Positions 1-15,184 are shown, counted from the first letter of the whole stretch. The stretch: 59,403 nucleotides of DNA, filler included, from Sluysia triapertura (GCA_046118255.1; 5 parts of 5 records of this genome joined end to end with filler, not necessarily neighbours in it); one strand, 5' to 3'. Numbers and translations are program-made. Notes: generated by a model not told the origin, from the sequence alone.

Positions 1-179
1 TAATAGTTTATATGTTGAAGATTTTTTATTCTTTTTAATTATTTATTTATTTTTGGTCCTGAAATTTGTGTGATATATGTTAAATTTGTGTGATGTAAGG
101 AGTGTTAGTAAATGACTTATATAAATATATGACTGTAAGAGGGAACAAAAATACGGTATATGATTGAGACACTATGGAG

Positions 180-380
180 TTATAAAATGAAGAGAGAACT
201 GGTACAAATTGATGGATTGAACATGATAAACATTGTCGAATTTTGAATCATTGAAATAAAAACAACTAAGAATACCTTGACATTTCAAAGATCTATATAA
301 GGTGTCGAGACCTTGTGGGGTTTGAAGAGGACTTGAGAGCCCTTTGAGGGTATTAGAACACCTTTGAGCTTGTTAATTTT
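180..380 (-). repeat. Dispersed repeat family A, copy 1
   Basis: Its reverse complement aligns by eye with 26030-26240 (ccttatatag.tctttg.aat.t.aag.tattctt; caatgtttat.atgttcaatccat.aattt) and with 56640-56780. Confidence 0.75.
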
Positions 381-706
381 GAGATCATCGGAGACACATA
401 CTGGCGAATCCCAACAATTTCACTTACAATTCCATGCAAAAATGTTATTATATGTCGTTAAAACTCAAATAATCTCAATAATTTAACGTATATCTTAACT
501 TATGTTTGTCCCAATTTTGGCGCCAAATTTTGCTGCGGGTTTTCTTTAACTCTTGACCTACAGCAAAATATTTTTTGAGCAGTAAACGTCTTATGTTGTA
601 AAGAAGGCGCTTCTGTAACAAAATAAGCTAATAATTTATCTAAACTCAAATGTTATAAGTATAAGATCTTATGATCGCTTAAATATATTGCTTTAATAAT
701 TTATTA

Positions 707-776
707 AACACAAAAATATTAATTTTTATTCAAAACACAAAAATATTAATTTTTTATTTAAAACACAAAAATTCTT
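707..776. repeat. Short tandem repeat, ~27-bp unit (aaaacacaaaaatattaatttttatt.) x ~2.6
   Basis: Three consecutive aaacacaaaaat units are directly visible. Confidence 0.8.
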
Positions 777-2790
777 AAACAATTAAAGTAATAGATGGAG
801 AAAGCAAAAATAATTAATTTAAGGATTAAAGCTCCGTGACGTTTAATCTAGTGTTATTAGAATTTACCGCTTAATATATCGGGAATTTAAAAAACTTACA
901 AATTAATATAAAATTTACCTATATTTTATGATTTCAACTTCGAAAGTTTAAATCTTCCTTACAAATTACCAAAAATGAGATTGTTATTGTCCAGAGGATA
1001 ATCGATGATGATTGCTCGAATCACGCAGTAAACTGAAGGAAATTGAATGAAAATTGCTTTTTTTCAAAATGGCGATTTTCATTATACTGATGCTAGTTTA
1101 TATACTAGTCATCGGCCAATGAAAATCGATGGAATGTTCTAGAACATTGCAGAAGCTTCTACTTTATGTTTAGTAGCTCATTTTATTTTTTAGAAATTAT
1201 ATTTTCTTTTTTGGAAAGTAATTATTTTTAAAGTAATTTTAAAGATTAATAAATGGTTATAAAGCGTTGTATATGATTTTAATTATTTTTTGATAGTTTT
1301 AAATAATTTGAAGTTTCAATGACATTTTCAAATTATTTTGTAGGATTGTGATGATAACCTAGCATCTAGATCAAACAAATATTGGCTCCAAAAATAATTA
1401 ATTACATATGTCAGAAACTGTTCTGTTAATTTGGAAATAATAATATTGAATAATAAAAATAAAATAACAATAATGGTTATGAAAATAAAAATAAAACCAA
1501 GCTTTATCTAAAAAGAAAAAATTAAATAATAAAATCTGGTGTTATTCCTAGATAGTTATCTGAAATAAATAATTATTAAAATTATTGCATAAAAACTAAC
1601 GTGACCAAGAAATTGAAATAATATAAAAAGCTTAACTTCTACCGTCACTAAAGATTCAATTACACGTCCCTGTAATTTTTGAAAACGATGTTTGTCAAAA
1701 GATTAAGAAGTTGAAAATTAGTTTATAGCTTATCATCGGAAATTTATTCTATTGTTGATTGACTTTTGGTTCATTGTTGGAAAGATTTAGTTATACGTTG
1801 ATACATGAAATAACTTGAAGACATAATCTTCGAACTTTTCATTTCAAAATATGTTAAAAGAAAATTATCAGTAGAGGGATTGTTATTAAGATATAGAAAA
1901 ATAATATATACTTAAAATCAATAATTCAAAGTTACTTTTCGCTAGTTAAAAATATTTTTTAGCTTTTCAAAAAACGCTTCTACAAAGTTTGTTTCTAGAA
2001 ATAATTTTATTGAACTGAAAAGTGATTGAATTTTGTATTATACGAAGTCTCATTTGTATATTGTTTTATTTCAACTTTCATAATATACTTTCAGTAGTTC
2101 ATATTTATTTCATCGTTTAGAAGAGACTAATTAAATCAGAATACTAGTTAATTGTATTGTAATTAAAGAGTTAAAAGAACCCAAAACATTTTAAATTTTC
2201 ATATTTATTTGAATTAAATAAACATAAACATTATTATACCTTCGTTAAGATTAGAGTAAAAAGAACGAATTAATTTTGTTTTGAAGAAATAAGATTAACA
2301 AACTCAATGGAGTTATTTATTAAGTAGAAAATATTAATTGTATTAAAATTAATATACTTAAGTTAGATTGTACACAAGTTATAAGAATAAATGTTACATG
2401 TTGTTGATAACTTTCTATTATTTAATACTATTAAATAACGGTTAACACAATTACAAGTTAGGTTGATATTATTCAAAATTGGAGCTTCCTTCGGATTGCC
2501 ATAACATTCGAATAATATCATTTTTTTCTTGTATAAATGTTTGTGATCACGATGAATGCTGTTGAAGATGGATATTTTTTCGGATGGTCATACAATTCTT
2601 AAATAGTGTTATTAAAAAACTAAAAAATTTTAATTGGCTACAATTTTGGAATTTTTTAACTCAATTTGCAAATATTTTAACGTGCTTTTATTCACTATAT
2701 AAATCAGAGATCGAAATGTCTAAACCATGTTACAACTACTAGTAATCCCATTAAAATAAAATAAGATTTAAATAATGTATATAATACAAT

Positions 2791-5700
2791 CTATTTCAAT
2801 TTTCTCTTTTTAATTTTCTTTCTGGCAGACATTCGTTGATCACTAACCGCTAATCCGGCGTCTTCAATAGTTCTTTTACGTTTGATTTCTTGGCGTTTCT
2901 TTTGTAACAAAACCAATGTTTTCCTGACCACATCACCACCCAAACATTTATCCATACTTACTTTAGTATCATTTATCAACCGTTTTGTTGCCTCTATATC
3001 TTCTTCATTAATGAAGCTTTTCTTATCCCGATGACGACTACGATTTTCTATCAAATTTTTTTCTCTACTCCATATAAGCACGATTCCTTGAATAAAACTA
3101 TGATTTTCTTTAATTTGTATCAAATTAGCATTATCAAGACAATTTTTTACAATTTTTAAAATAGAACATCTTCGTAACAGACCCAGCCTACCTTCCAATT
3201 TTCGACGACTAACTACATTTAACGCATGCATAAATTCAACACACTCATCAAGCATATTCTTGTTATTAAAAGTAGACCATATACAAGCAATCAATGAAAC
3301 AGCTGCTATTGCATCAGATCCATCAACACACTTCTCATTTAACAGAACATCTAATGAATTCTGCCATATCATTCTTAAATTATCCTTTTCTAATTTATAT
3401 TTATCAAACTCTTTAACAATTGGTGGTAATATATTTGTCATAATCATTTCACGAATACTCGTCAATAAACCTTTCTTTATCTGACTAATTATAACAGTCC
3501 ACAATTTATGTCTATGAAATAATTCAATCAATCCCTTATGTTCACTTTGATTATCTTCGTTAAATAATTGTCTTCTGTAAAATCGTAATACACTCAAATG
3601 ATTTTGATTTAAATGTTTAAGTTTTTCAGACAACTTTTCCGTTACTTCATTATCAATTGAATTAATCATATCTTTATCAAAACCACATGCACTCTTCAAT
3701 TGTTCATTGATTTTTTCACATTGATTGACTAATTCTGAATAACTCTTGATAACTGATTGAATTAATTTATCGAATTTTAAACCAGTATTAATTTTAGCTT
3801 TGTCAATCAAAATTTCAATTAACCATATTAAAATACCATATCGTTTATCTGCTACATCTTTGCAAATTTGTGACTCTGATGTTAATAATTCAATTATATA
3901 TATCTGATTATCTGAAGTCATTAAAGAAAACATAGATTTCAATATTGCTTCTAAGCTACTTAAAACAGTTTCATTCAATGCACTTGTTGTTAATTCTTCA
4001 AACCACCGTTTCCAAAATAGTTGAATTATCTCTTTATCAAATCGAGTTATACATGAATCCATAGTATTTATAAGAGTTTGAAATAAGTAACACGCAGCCA
4101 TTTGTTCGCTTTCAGAATAAATATTAAATTTAACAATAATAATTGATAATACATCAAAAACACGACTCGAATTTCCATCTATTTTAAAGAAATTTAAAAG
4201 AAACTGACAAGATTGACAACGAACCTTTTCACTACCTCCTTTAATAGCAACATAAAAGACAATCGATAAAGCCTGATCGATGAATTTCTTGAATGACTCT
4301 TCATCAACTTGACTGAACTGAACTGTGATAGAACCACTAGTAATTTTATCATTACTACAAGAAACCAAATTACTATTCAAAACCGCATCCAGTAATTTCA
4401 CGCAATACCCGAACCATTCTATATTTGCGATGTCTTTATAGACAATTATTTTTAAACCATAAACTAATCTCATGTATTGTTTCTGATCTAAATTCAAATG
4501 TTCGCATAAAATGATTTTACTTAATATCTGATACAGTAATTTGATACGTCTTTTTTCGTCGTTGTTACTGGGTAAATATTTAAAATTTATAGTAGCATCG
4601 AATAAGTTAAACAAAAGTGCAACTATTTCTTGAACATGTGTGTACAAACTCGGTGGTTCATAATCTATTATTTGTTTCAATAATTTAAGACAATTTAAAT
4701 TAGCATTGTGATACTTTTGACTTTTTCTGTTTAACAAATTTATCAATGGTTGTACAACAGATTCTAAAAATCCTTGTAACACTTCTTTAGAAAATTCTGA
4801 ACTTCTTGATGCTTTCTTTAACAACTTCGTAAGCATTTCAATTCCTTGGTTAAATAAAATTTCATTGTGATATTTTTGCTGCAATTCATGTAACCATTCT
4901 TCATTATCATCATATCCATCTAATCGTTTTGGTTTTTGATACAACAACATATTTGATAGCTGTTCTTTCAGTGTTTCGTTTTTACAAATAGAAACACGAA
5001 CTTCGTTATCCATAAGAAATAACATTTCCTGCACATTTTCTATAATCAATTCAATTGCAACACCAACTAATTGATCTATCCGAACCCATTTATTCAATAA
5101 GAAACCCGATCGTTGACCAGTCATTCTATCCAACAATTCATGCATTTTATCAAGAGAAGTTCTACTAGAAAGTTCTTGGATTTTCGATTTAATAAAGGAA
5201 AAAAACTCCAGCACTAATGTATCATCTACGGATGCTGCTACAATCGATAATCCTTCTAATCCACTTGGGCTTCTACCTTCATCAACAATACCACATTCTG
5301 CATGTTTTCGTTCTCCACGTTCTTGAGCCATACTGCCGAATAAATCATCCAAATACCAATCAGTAAGGTTCTTCATACTAGAATAATCCAAACGTAATCG
5401 TTGAGGTCGTTCGTACAATTTAACAAGAATTTTGTGCACGGTAAACAATCCGACAAATGTATGACGCCCATTATTCAAATCGGTTTTTAAATGACCTACC
5501 AAGAAATCTAACAATAAAACTGGTTTTGATTCATCTAGTCCACAGTTTATTTGCTCAATAATATCTCGAAGGCATTGACCAGCTTCTTTACGAATATTAA
5601 GAAATTCTGATTTAAGAAATGACGATACTTTTAATAATATCTAAATTATAAAATAGTATTCAAAATATTTGCCCATGGAATAAAAATTTTTAAAAGCATT

Positions 5701-8700
5701 TTGTAATTTTTAGTTTAACAGGCATTAACATTTGTTTCTATAACTACATAGATGTACCTCATATGATGTAGCTATTTCAAAATATTTGACCAAAATCCAA
5801 ACAAATGATAGTATAAGTTAATTTTATTAAAATTAAATAATTTAGTTGAATGTGAAACTACAATCTGAAAGAGAAGATATTGGTACGAATAAGGAATTGA
5901 GTTTTCAGTACAATGAAATTCTCAAATAACTGTAACCAAATAAATGAAGAATTATTACGAAAAGTGAATAAAAAATAAAAATTCTGTGGAGAAAGGTAAT
6001 TCTTCAAAAATAAAGCTCTTGCTATCTCTCAGAACGCAGTACTCTCGATCATAGAAAAGTAAAGTAACAAGCACCAAATACTAAATTCAGTTAACGATTG
6101 TCCAAAGGTAATGGTTAATATCCAAATTAAATTTCATATATTTGCTTACAAAATAACTACAAGATTCACAAAAGGATGGCTCGGAAATCTAGAATTGTAG
6201 ATTGGTCCGCGTGATTTGCTTACACAAATTCAATTGAAAAGTTATCAAAGAGTATGCTTACCATTTCATTTAGTGGAATATTTATCTGAAAATCTTACCA
6301 ACAATTATTAATAAAAGACAATTATTAATTTCGTCAAAGATTTATTAATGCTTTACAAAGAGTGAACAATATTTTATTTTAAGTATAACAGAAAAGTTTG
6401 GAATGAAAATTAGAATATAATTTTTTAACAAATAATAATTAACCTTTTTCGTAATACTGATCATTTTCTTATATGGTAATTTTACAGCCACAGTGATAAT
6501 TCCTTTCACTAATTTAACATTAATTTGACCCGATTTGTTATTTAATTCATTTACTTCCATGTTCGCTTGTTTCACTGACTTTGACTTTTTGCGCTCCTGT
6601 TTCTGTTTACGTTCCACGTGTTGTTCCATCATGTACAAAAGTTTTATCATATAATCATTACTATCATTTTCATCATTACTGCACTTATCTTCATTATTAT
6701 TGCAGAAATGCCTTTCCGGATCAAAAGCTTCTAATAATGCAATTAATAAACTATAGCAAAAATCATGATTAATGTTTTCTTTATTCAAATTTTTGAAAGC
6801 TTGATTGATTAATAATCTGTATTTTTTCCAATCAGATACATGAGCTATTGCTGTCATAGCATTAAAATTTTCAGCTAAATTTCGTTTTTCACCTTTAGTC
6901 ATTTTTATTTTGTTACTATTGCAAAATGTTTTATATTGTTTTAATTTTGTAAAAACCAATGGCAACAAAAAGTCACTAATCACATCACTCGATATTGCAT
7001 TAGAATCGCAATTATTTAAGTATTTAATCAGTCGCCTTAACCCTTTTGAATTGATTTCATCAGTGAAATTTCTTAGATTATCCAATATACTTGCATCATC
7101 TTCATCTAATTCGTTCACCAATGGTAATAGCTGATTCATTTTGTTATCAAAGATTGATAATTTTCGTATGCATGTTTGAAAGATTGATATAAAATTATCA
7201 CGACATCGAGTATTTAAATTTTTTAAACCAAACTTAATAAAAATGAACATTTTTCTTATTATACCTTCCATAAAAATCGTCTTATTTACAGTTAGTGCTA
7301 CCGAATCAATCAATGCTTCTAAATAATCGATACTACTAATACAAATATCAATATTATCCAAAGTGTTTAAAAAAAATAGAGCATGTTGAGTTAAAAGTAT
7401 GTATAACCATAAATTTGGATGTGAATTATGATCAAATAAATCATTCGTTGTTATTAAATTACTTAAATAGTTTTGAGTTAATTTCAATAATCCAGTTTTT
7501 AAACTTGTTATTATACTATCACTGTGACGAGTATTTATTTGTTTTTCTTTCCATTTATTTAATTCATTGGATTCTTCGATTATTTCATAATGCTTATTCA
7601 TTTTCGCTTCGATTTTGTAGCGATTTGCAAAATAATTAACAATAACTTGAGCCAATTCAAATAATTCTGTTCTTAGTAATAATTTATTGTCGGTAGGAAC
7701 TTGTACAAGATCAGTCATACGCCGAAAGAGAGTCAATTCTTGTTTAAGCGATTCTGGCTTATTGGAATCAAACTGTTTAATTGATTTACTAAAATGACGC
7801 GGCAGTTGCGCATTGCAATTTTGAAACACTGATAATCCAAAAGAAAAGCCTTCACTGTTATTATCAATTACTATCATTAATTGATACATGATATTAACTA
7901 TTAAAGTACTGACTATTTTATTCAATTTTGGGTGGATTAAAATTTTCACAAAAAGTTTAAATAAATTTTCCGTTATAAAATGTCGATATGTTGATGACAT
8001 ACACCACAAATTACACAATCGTATTGTAATTGATGAATTGGTTATGTTTTCTTGCACAAATTTCTCACTTTCTAATTCTGCATTAACTACAATCAATTCC
8101 TTTAACATATTTACATTAGCGATGCTCCAATTATAATCAGTAATATTTTCAAAATAAAATTCAATTATTTTATAACATTCTTTTTGAACTGATTTAAGGA
8201 ATGCTATTGGAGAATTTGTAATATTATCATTATCTATTCCATCAACTTCCATTTGTTCAGTAGAATCGCCTTTTATAGACCTATTTCGTAATTGATTACA
8301 CATCCAACATACATGCAAAGTAATATTCATTATACTGGCCAAGTGTTGGTTATTTATTTGTGACGAACAAATTCGTATCAATTCATTCAAATTTGTCAAA
8401 ACACAATTCAAATCCATAAATATACTTTTACAAAGTTCCATGTCTTTTATTTTACCATTTTTACCAATCATTTGACATAAATTAATAAGTTTATCTTCAA
8501 ATTTCAGTTCATTTTTATTTAAACCTAATCTAACTTGATATCCAATAATAAAAGATTCCCAAAGGTAATTTAATGTCATGTCAAATTCATTTTCCGATAC
8601 GTCAGATAAAAACACACAAATTTGTTTACGAGATCTTTTAATTTGCTGTTTTGAACGCATAAAACCAACCAACAATCTCAAAATAATCGGTGCTAGTTCA

Positions 8701-11700
8701 GTACGGCTGCTGTCATTAAAACTCGACAATTTCAATGATGATAAACTCGATAAATAACGGCTAGTTAATAATTTGTTAATGTTGTTATCTATTCGTTCGG
8801 TTATTATAGGGGATTTGTAACTTGCAATATATTTATATCCACTTAACTGTAAATCATTAACAGAACTGGTCAATAAAGACATTGCTATTTCTTTCACTTT
8901 CGATTCATTTTTAATGCCAGCTTTATTTATTATATTTGTAAAAATTTCTAAAAAACTTTTCAAATCATCAATCAATTTCATATTATGATTATCAATGAAA
9001 TTTTTATAAAAATCCAAAAAATAATTTACCAAAACCGATGTCTTTCGACTAGATAAGTGTGGTAATTTTATAAATAATTGATAAATATGTAATTTCACTT
9101 TTTGCCAATCAACATCAGCTTTATTTAAATAAAAGTAACTATTTATATAATCATTAAATTGATTATTATTATTATGATAATTATCACGAATATTAGTAAT
9201 ACCATGTGTATCAATATTGTATATTTTCTTCAAAAAATTTTCGCATATAATCCATAATTCATCTTCCATTGTATCATTTTCATTACACAATTCAACTATT
9301 TTCTTTAAAGATAAATCCCAGAGTGTTTTAAAATTTGTATAAAATAAAGTCATCAAAAATCTCAATAAAATCCTATTCGTCAATTGAGAGCCACTATGGA
9401 AATTTTGCATATTTAATTTTATAGTTTGAATTTGATGATACATTTTATTTAAGGGAACTTCTAACAACACTTCTATTTTATAACAACTTAATATCGTTGA
9501 AATTAATAATGTATCATTTGTTTCTCGAAAAACATATGAAAGTAAAGTCAAAATATCTAATCTTGATTTGTGATTAGTCGATTCGATTTTTTGAATTAAT
9601 AATTCCAAATCCTTTTTGATTATTGATGCATTGGAATGATCCAGTAAACATTGGTTAAGTAAAAGATTGATATATATTGGCTCCGAAGAATCAATAAAGG
9701 AACATTCTTTCAATTGCATTATTACAGGTTTATTGTCAAATTTAATTTCAATATTCGAATGTTTTAATTGATTCGATACAATCCAAAATGAATGCAATAA
9801 CAATGTTTTGTCAATACACGATGCTATATTGGTAACACAAAATTCCGTATTACATCTCAAATGCATGAGATATAAATTTTCTTTAGAAAACGGATGAATA
9901 AATGGTATCAGTAACCACAGTAACCAAGAAATATTAAAATCTTCTCTACTGATCATATGTATAATTTTATTCAGTAAAACACTATTTCTATTATTAGAAT
10001 CAACTAAATATAGTTGATAATATTCTGATCTATTTCCTATTAACTGATAAATCCATCTCTTTTCATATTCAGGAGGATATTTACATTGAATTAATCGAAA
10101 CGTTTGATTTAATACATTCAATAAAACTGTTTCGTCATTTAAGTATTCTTCTGACAGATTTCCGAGCATTTCAGAGACCGAATATTGAATAGTCTGAATT
10201 AGAATTTTTTAATAATTAATTTTTCAAATAATTTACATTTATTAACCTTATTTAAATACTTTATAAATTATTGCTCATTTTTAATATAAAATTAATGTTT
10301 AGACATCTTTTGAAGACAGATTATCAAGCACTAATAAGAATGATTTTAAAGGAATAGACGGTGATTCATTTAGCTTTCAAAATACTGACCAAGATTAGAC
10401 TTTGAGAGTGTTTTGAATGAACAATAATCAGGAAGTTCGTCTAATGATTGAGTATTTATGAAGTTAATAACGATACACAAAAACTATAAATGGTTTCTCG
10501 ACCTTTTTGAATATAATGAAACATTAAATGAAATTAAGAATAGAATTGGCTCATTAGTTAATTAATGTGAAAATCACAATTAATTGAATATTTCGTCTGA
10601 TAAAGCCAAATTTTTGTTTATGTAAATTGTCTTTAGAAAAATTACATTGATATTACAAACTTAATGACTTGACCTTATTTTTTACTGGTGACTCATTGCA
10701 AGATGTTTAGGGAAAATATACATATATTGGCAAAATTTTGGGTGACCAAATATAAACCTACTTGATTTTACGATTTAATAAAAATAAAATACCCACTGAA
10801 ATGAGAAATCATAATTTTTAAAAAAACTTTAACTTACCGATTCCAATGAACCAATGGATTCGCAAGCAACACCAATTTTATAACATATGTCATAATTAGA
10901 TTTCATTACAGACTGAATTATTTCATCCGCAATATCAGTATTTATCAATTTACCAACTGCTACACTAACTATGTCTTTAATGTCATAACAATCACATTTC
11001 AATAATAATGAATTAATTTTCTAAAAATTACAATCAAAAAATAATGATTTACTTGTTTAACTGTTTCTTGTTCCTCGAGTAATATTTTTTCCGGTACATT
11101 TTGTAAAATAAGTTTAAATACAAAGATAAATGTTTCAACTTTTTTCCACTTGTGATTCAACAATATTTTCCAAATTTTCGAAAAATGCGAAATATTAATG
11201 TTTTTCATTGAGTCTTGAAACATCACCTCAATAACGTTGTAAAACGAAACATCATCAAAATTTTCTTCGAAAATTTCCATTATTTCGCCTAACTTCAATT
11301 GCCGTGCATTGTATACATCAATGTCTTTTATACAATATGAAAATAATAATCCTATTGTATCTTCACAACCTTTCATATTATCAACTAATTTACGAACTAC
11401 ACATTTAAATTTATTTGATTTTGTTATAACAAATGCTAAACTTTGAGCCATAAAAGATCTGAAATAATGCTTTTTATGAAACAGTATTGGATAAACCCAC
11501 AAATACAAATCATCTACGTTTTTCAATAAAACATTACCTCCAAAATAAATTAAATGCGTTAGGCAATTAAAAATAGAGTGAATTGAATCCAGATCTTCAC
11601 TTCGATCGATTAAATGAACTAAAGAACGAAATGTTCTTTCGTAATAAGGAGTAAAATCCGAAGTAATATCCATTGAAAATGCTTGAAGCATTTCTAATGA

Positions 11701-12004
11701 AGCTAAAACTGATAAATTACTACATTTATCTATACTGTCTAATAATACATCCACAATAAAGTCTTTATTAAGCAACACTAAACTTAAAGATAAAATTTTG
11801 TCATTCAATTCACGGCGTAAATTTTTATATTCTAGTGAATTATTATATGTATTCCATTTTGAAAATACTTCATATAAATAACTTTCACCACTTGGTGGAA
11901 TTGATAATTTGACTTTGATATCTTCTTTCAATAATTCAGTAAATGTTTTAAACTAAAAATAAGATTACACTTAAAATATAGAAATAAATTTATACTTTAT
12001 GCAT
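2791..12004 (-). CDS. UTP20: U3 snoRNP/SSU processome HEAT-repeat protein UTP20, complete 5-exon gene (~2563 aa)
   Basis: Exons (minus): 12004-11996, 11952-11053, 11020-10838, 10193-6444, 5640-2791. All introns are GT-AG and phase 0 (43, 32, 644, 803 bp). The spliced N-terminus MHK|FKTFTELLKEDIKVK...SYLYEVFSKWNTYN resembles the UTP20 start. ILLKVSSFLKSEFLNIRKEAGQCLRDIIEQ...FTVHKIL matches the central UTP20 motif, and the basic C-terminus KRKRTIEDAGLAVSDQRMSARKKIKKRK matches UTP20. Confidence 0.9.
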
Positions 12005-12420
12005 TTCAGATAAATAAATATTATTTAAACAATCACGAAAAAAATTACTAATATTTGAACAAAAAAATTAATATAATAAAAAATTTTCTTTATTTTTTCT
12101 AATATAACTTTTTACCATGGCAAATTAATACAATGGACTATACTGCAAATTACGAAATTTTTGTTTAAAATCTAAGACTTTAAAAATCAAATCAGAAATG
12201 AAAACAACTTTTAAATTAAGTTCTCTAAATTACAAAAAAGTAAAAAAATAACAAATATATTTATTAACTGCATATAAACAATTACAAAAAAACAAAGAAT
12301 GGAAACTTAATAATCGACTTTGCTGATAAGGAAAGTATTAAATTAGCTAATGATGGCATTAACCAATCTCATCTTAAATGCAAGTTGGAAAACCCACATG
12401 CAGTTCTACCTAAACTTGTA

Positions 12421-12521
12421 ANNNNNNNNNNNNNNNNNNNNNNNNNNNNNNNNNNNNNNNNNNNNTTAATTAATTAANNNNNNNNNNNNNNNNNNNNNNN
12501 NNNNNNNNNNNNNNNNNNNNN
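12421..12521. other. Artificial contig linker (Ns + TTAATTAATTAA + Ns)
   Basis: A 12-mer with stop codons in all six frames, flanked by N runs; it occurs four times in the window. Confidence 0.97.
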
Positions 12522-12599
12522 TGTTCACTCATTGATAACTAGCAACATAGATTTTAACAATGGTTTGTTGTACTCAATTTCAGATAGAAAAGTGAAAAC

Positions 12600-12800
12600 A
12601 TTACAATTAATAATTAATCAAGCAGAAAGACTAATTCTCAAAGTGGGAAGATCACTCATGTAACACCTTACAATGGTTGCCAAGAAAAGCAAGAATAGAA
12701 TTCAAAATCATGACAATAATTTACAAATGCTTACATTACGGAATATCTCTTAGAAATAATAAATAATTTAGAAACCAATACGAATAATATTTCATTGACA
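12600..12800 (+). mobile_element. L2/CR1-type LINE ORF2 3' remnant
   Basis: Encodes RIEFKIMTIIYKCLHYG, like the L2/CR1 C-terminal RIEFKILLLTYKALHG motif. Near-identical sequence lies on the minus strand at ~43260-43400 and ~44500-44630. Confidence 0.65.
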
Positions 12801-14096
12801 CATAATAATAATAATATAATAATAATAATAATAATAATAATATATACAGAAATCACAGTGATAATAAGAGCTAGGTGATAGGTTTATGTTTAAAAAATAT
12901 AGTCAGTACTACCAGAGAATGTCAAATTACTGGGAGATATGAAAAAGGCAAAGTTGTTTCAGTTTCAGAAATATTATAGTGAATAATTTATTTTAAGCGC
13001 TTTTGAGTACTTTGCAGTAGATATGAGCGCATATAAATTAATAATAATAATTATTATATGTATAACAAAATTACTATAAATAAAATCAATATCATAATAT
13101 TACAATTACTAAATAAAATCAGTAAATATTAGCAGTAATTTATAGAAAATAGTATAAAAGGAAAAGGAACCAGTACGTAAATTGAAACTACTTGAAATTA
13201 TTTTATCGGAATTGCGTGACGAAATTTATTTGAAATATCTACTCAAAGCATTGATTATCGAAATTGTTTGAAGAAAATTTACTTGAAATTATTTATTCAA
13301 ACGATTATTGAAGATATTTACATAAAGAATTAGGACTAAATTCTATATTAAAAAACTGAAACAGATTGATATGTATTCGGTAAGAATTTCTTTTTTACGT
13401 CTGGATAATAAATATAAAATTATAATTTGATTATTATAAACATAAACTTACAAAACTAATTCAATTATATTGCACTATATTATTCAATTAAAGTTATATC
13501 ATTTTATTTAATTTCTTTTGAATAAATGGAGTTATGAGATAAAAACGAAGTACTATAAGTAATTGTTTAAATAAGTTTCTTTACAATAGAATAAACTTAT
13601 TAAAGCTTGAGATAAATTGATTGAGACATAGTTAAACAATAACAAGAATAAATTAATAATTAAGCATCCTACCTCGATTAACTGAGACGAGTATTCGAAT
13701 TCATACCTTCAGATAAAGTAAATCTAACACATTAATATAGAGCAAAAGAAGTTTAAATCAACAATAATAATTTAGCCGTTCGAATCTTGATTTAAATACC
13801 ACAAAGCATTTATTGTGGCGGTTATGATTTTAATTTTAACTTTATATATTAATTTTATTGTCAAGTTTCAAAACGAGTTTATATTTTATTAATTACATTG
13901 CTGAAATCCAAAGTATCATTTACATGAAATTTAATTTTAAAAAATAACAAGAACGCACTTTATTTGGCTTAAACAAATGAAACAGAGGCAAAAAACATTA
14001 TTTACGTGCCACTTTTGGACAAAACAGCAAAATTCATGTTATTACGTCAAATATTCTAACATCAACATTTTCAAGAAAATCTAAACCGCCTCGCCC

Positions 14097-14212
14097 GAAA
14101 CAAAGTGCAGCCACAGCCTCACAATCAGAAGGTCTGGAACCCGTACCCTAATAAAAGTCCTTTCTTTTATCCACTTTGCCATTCCCTCAGCACTAAATGC
14201 GTGACGAGAAAC
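14097..14212 (-). pseudogene. MAGT1/TUSC3 (OST3/OST6 family) fragment
   Basis: VSRHAFSAEGMAKWIKERTFIRVRV, then a frameshift to RPSD..AVAALCF. Compare MAGT1 [27 protein letters not shown] and WAFAALCF. Confidence 0.6.
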
Positions 14213-14234
14213 GATTCATTTGTTAAATCGTTCA

Positions 14235-15170
14235 TTTGGTAGTAGCTTCATTGGATGCTTCAATTGGATTATTCTCGTTTAATTCGTTATTCATTTTTGG
14301 ATTCAACTGCTTCTTTAAATCAGGATAATCAATATCATCAGGTTTAATAAAATTACCGCATTTATCATTAGGTCCATATAATCACTGTTCGTTACCAAAG
14401 TAGGATAAGAGCTTAAACACTTTTTAAAACCTCCTTTTAATAAACGTTGTTCAAATGAACAAGTGTTACGTACAAACCACTTACATATAGCATCAATAAC
14501 ATTTTGAACTGATTCAGTGTTACTTTAATGCCAACTAAAGATTATTATTAAACTCTCATTTTTTCTATTTTCCAAACTTCTTTCTGATAACTGTCAGATA
14601 CAGCTAATTTTGAAGCATCATCTATTGTACTTCCTTTTTTCAATTCTGAACACGGTATATTTACAATCATTTTACTGTTTATTGCGCAATCATAAAATTC
14701 TTTCCTCTCTCGAACATAAAGTATCATTAAAGATCTTTTTTCCTCAAGTACTTCATATAATTGATCAACAGTTTCAGGACCCACAGAGTCCATTTTTAAC
14801 ACATAATTCATCTTCTTTCATTGTATGATATCTTTTCTTTAAGCTAATTTTTATTTCTTCAGCCGTAATTAAACCATTAATTATTTTCTTAGCTTCAATA
14901 ATAGCATCTATATAATTTTGATGTCCTTTGAAAGTCTTTTTGCTTATAATATATATATGCCTCTAAAAAATCTCATTAAAAACACAAAAGTCCATTCACC
15001 ATCTTTATCAAGACGAGCTTTTTCAAATACTCCATATATTTTACTCGATAAAGTGCATTTCGTTTTAATATTGTTAAAAGTAATTTTTGATAAATCTATA
15101 TAAGTAACAAGCTCTTCCATCTTCTTAGCTACATTAATTTTTTTTCTTTTAGGTACTTTTAAATCTTGAT
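14235..15170 (-). pseudogene. USP8: USP8 N-terminal half (MIT + rhodanese domains), frameshifted pseudogene with no catalytic domain
   Basis: MIT-like VPKRKKINVAKKMEEL...FEKARLDKDGEWTFVFLMRF...AEEIKISLKKRY. Rhodanese-like SLMILYVRERKEFYDCAINSKMIVNIP...DAICKW...LLKGGFKKCLSSYPTLVTN. Then DIDYPDL. Several frameshifts and in-frame stops. Confidence 0.85.
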
Positions 15171-15184
15171 GTGATTCGATTATA

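Noticed and set aside
3260-8136. Short plus-strand ORFs overlapping UTP20
   Set aside because: They are antisense shadows of long coding exons, with no motifs.
2791-11931. Three separate large genes (907, 1274 and 310 aa), as in the ORF track
   Set aside because: They splice in frame into one UTP20 gene; the ORF ends are intron read-through.
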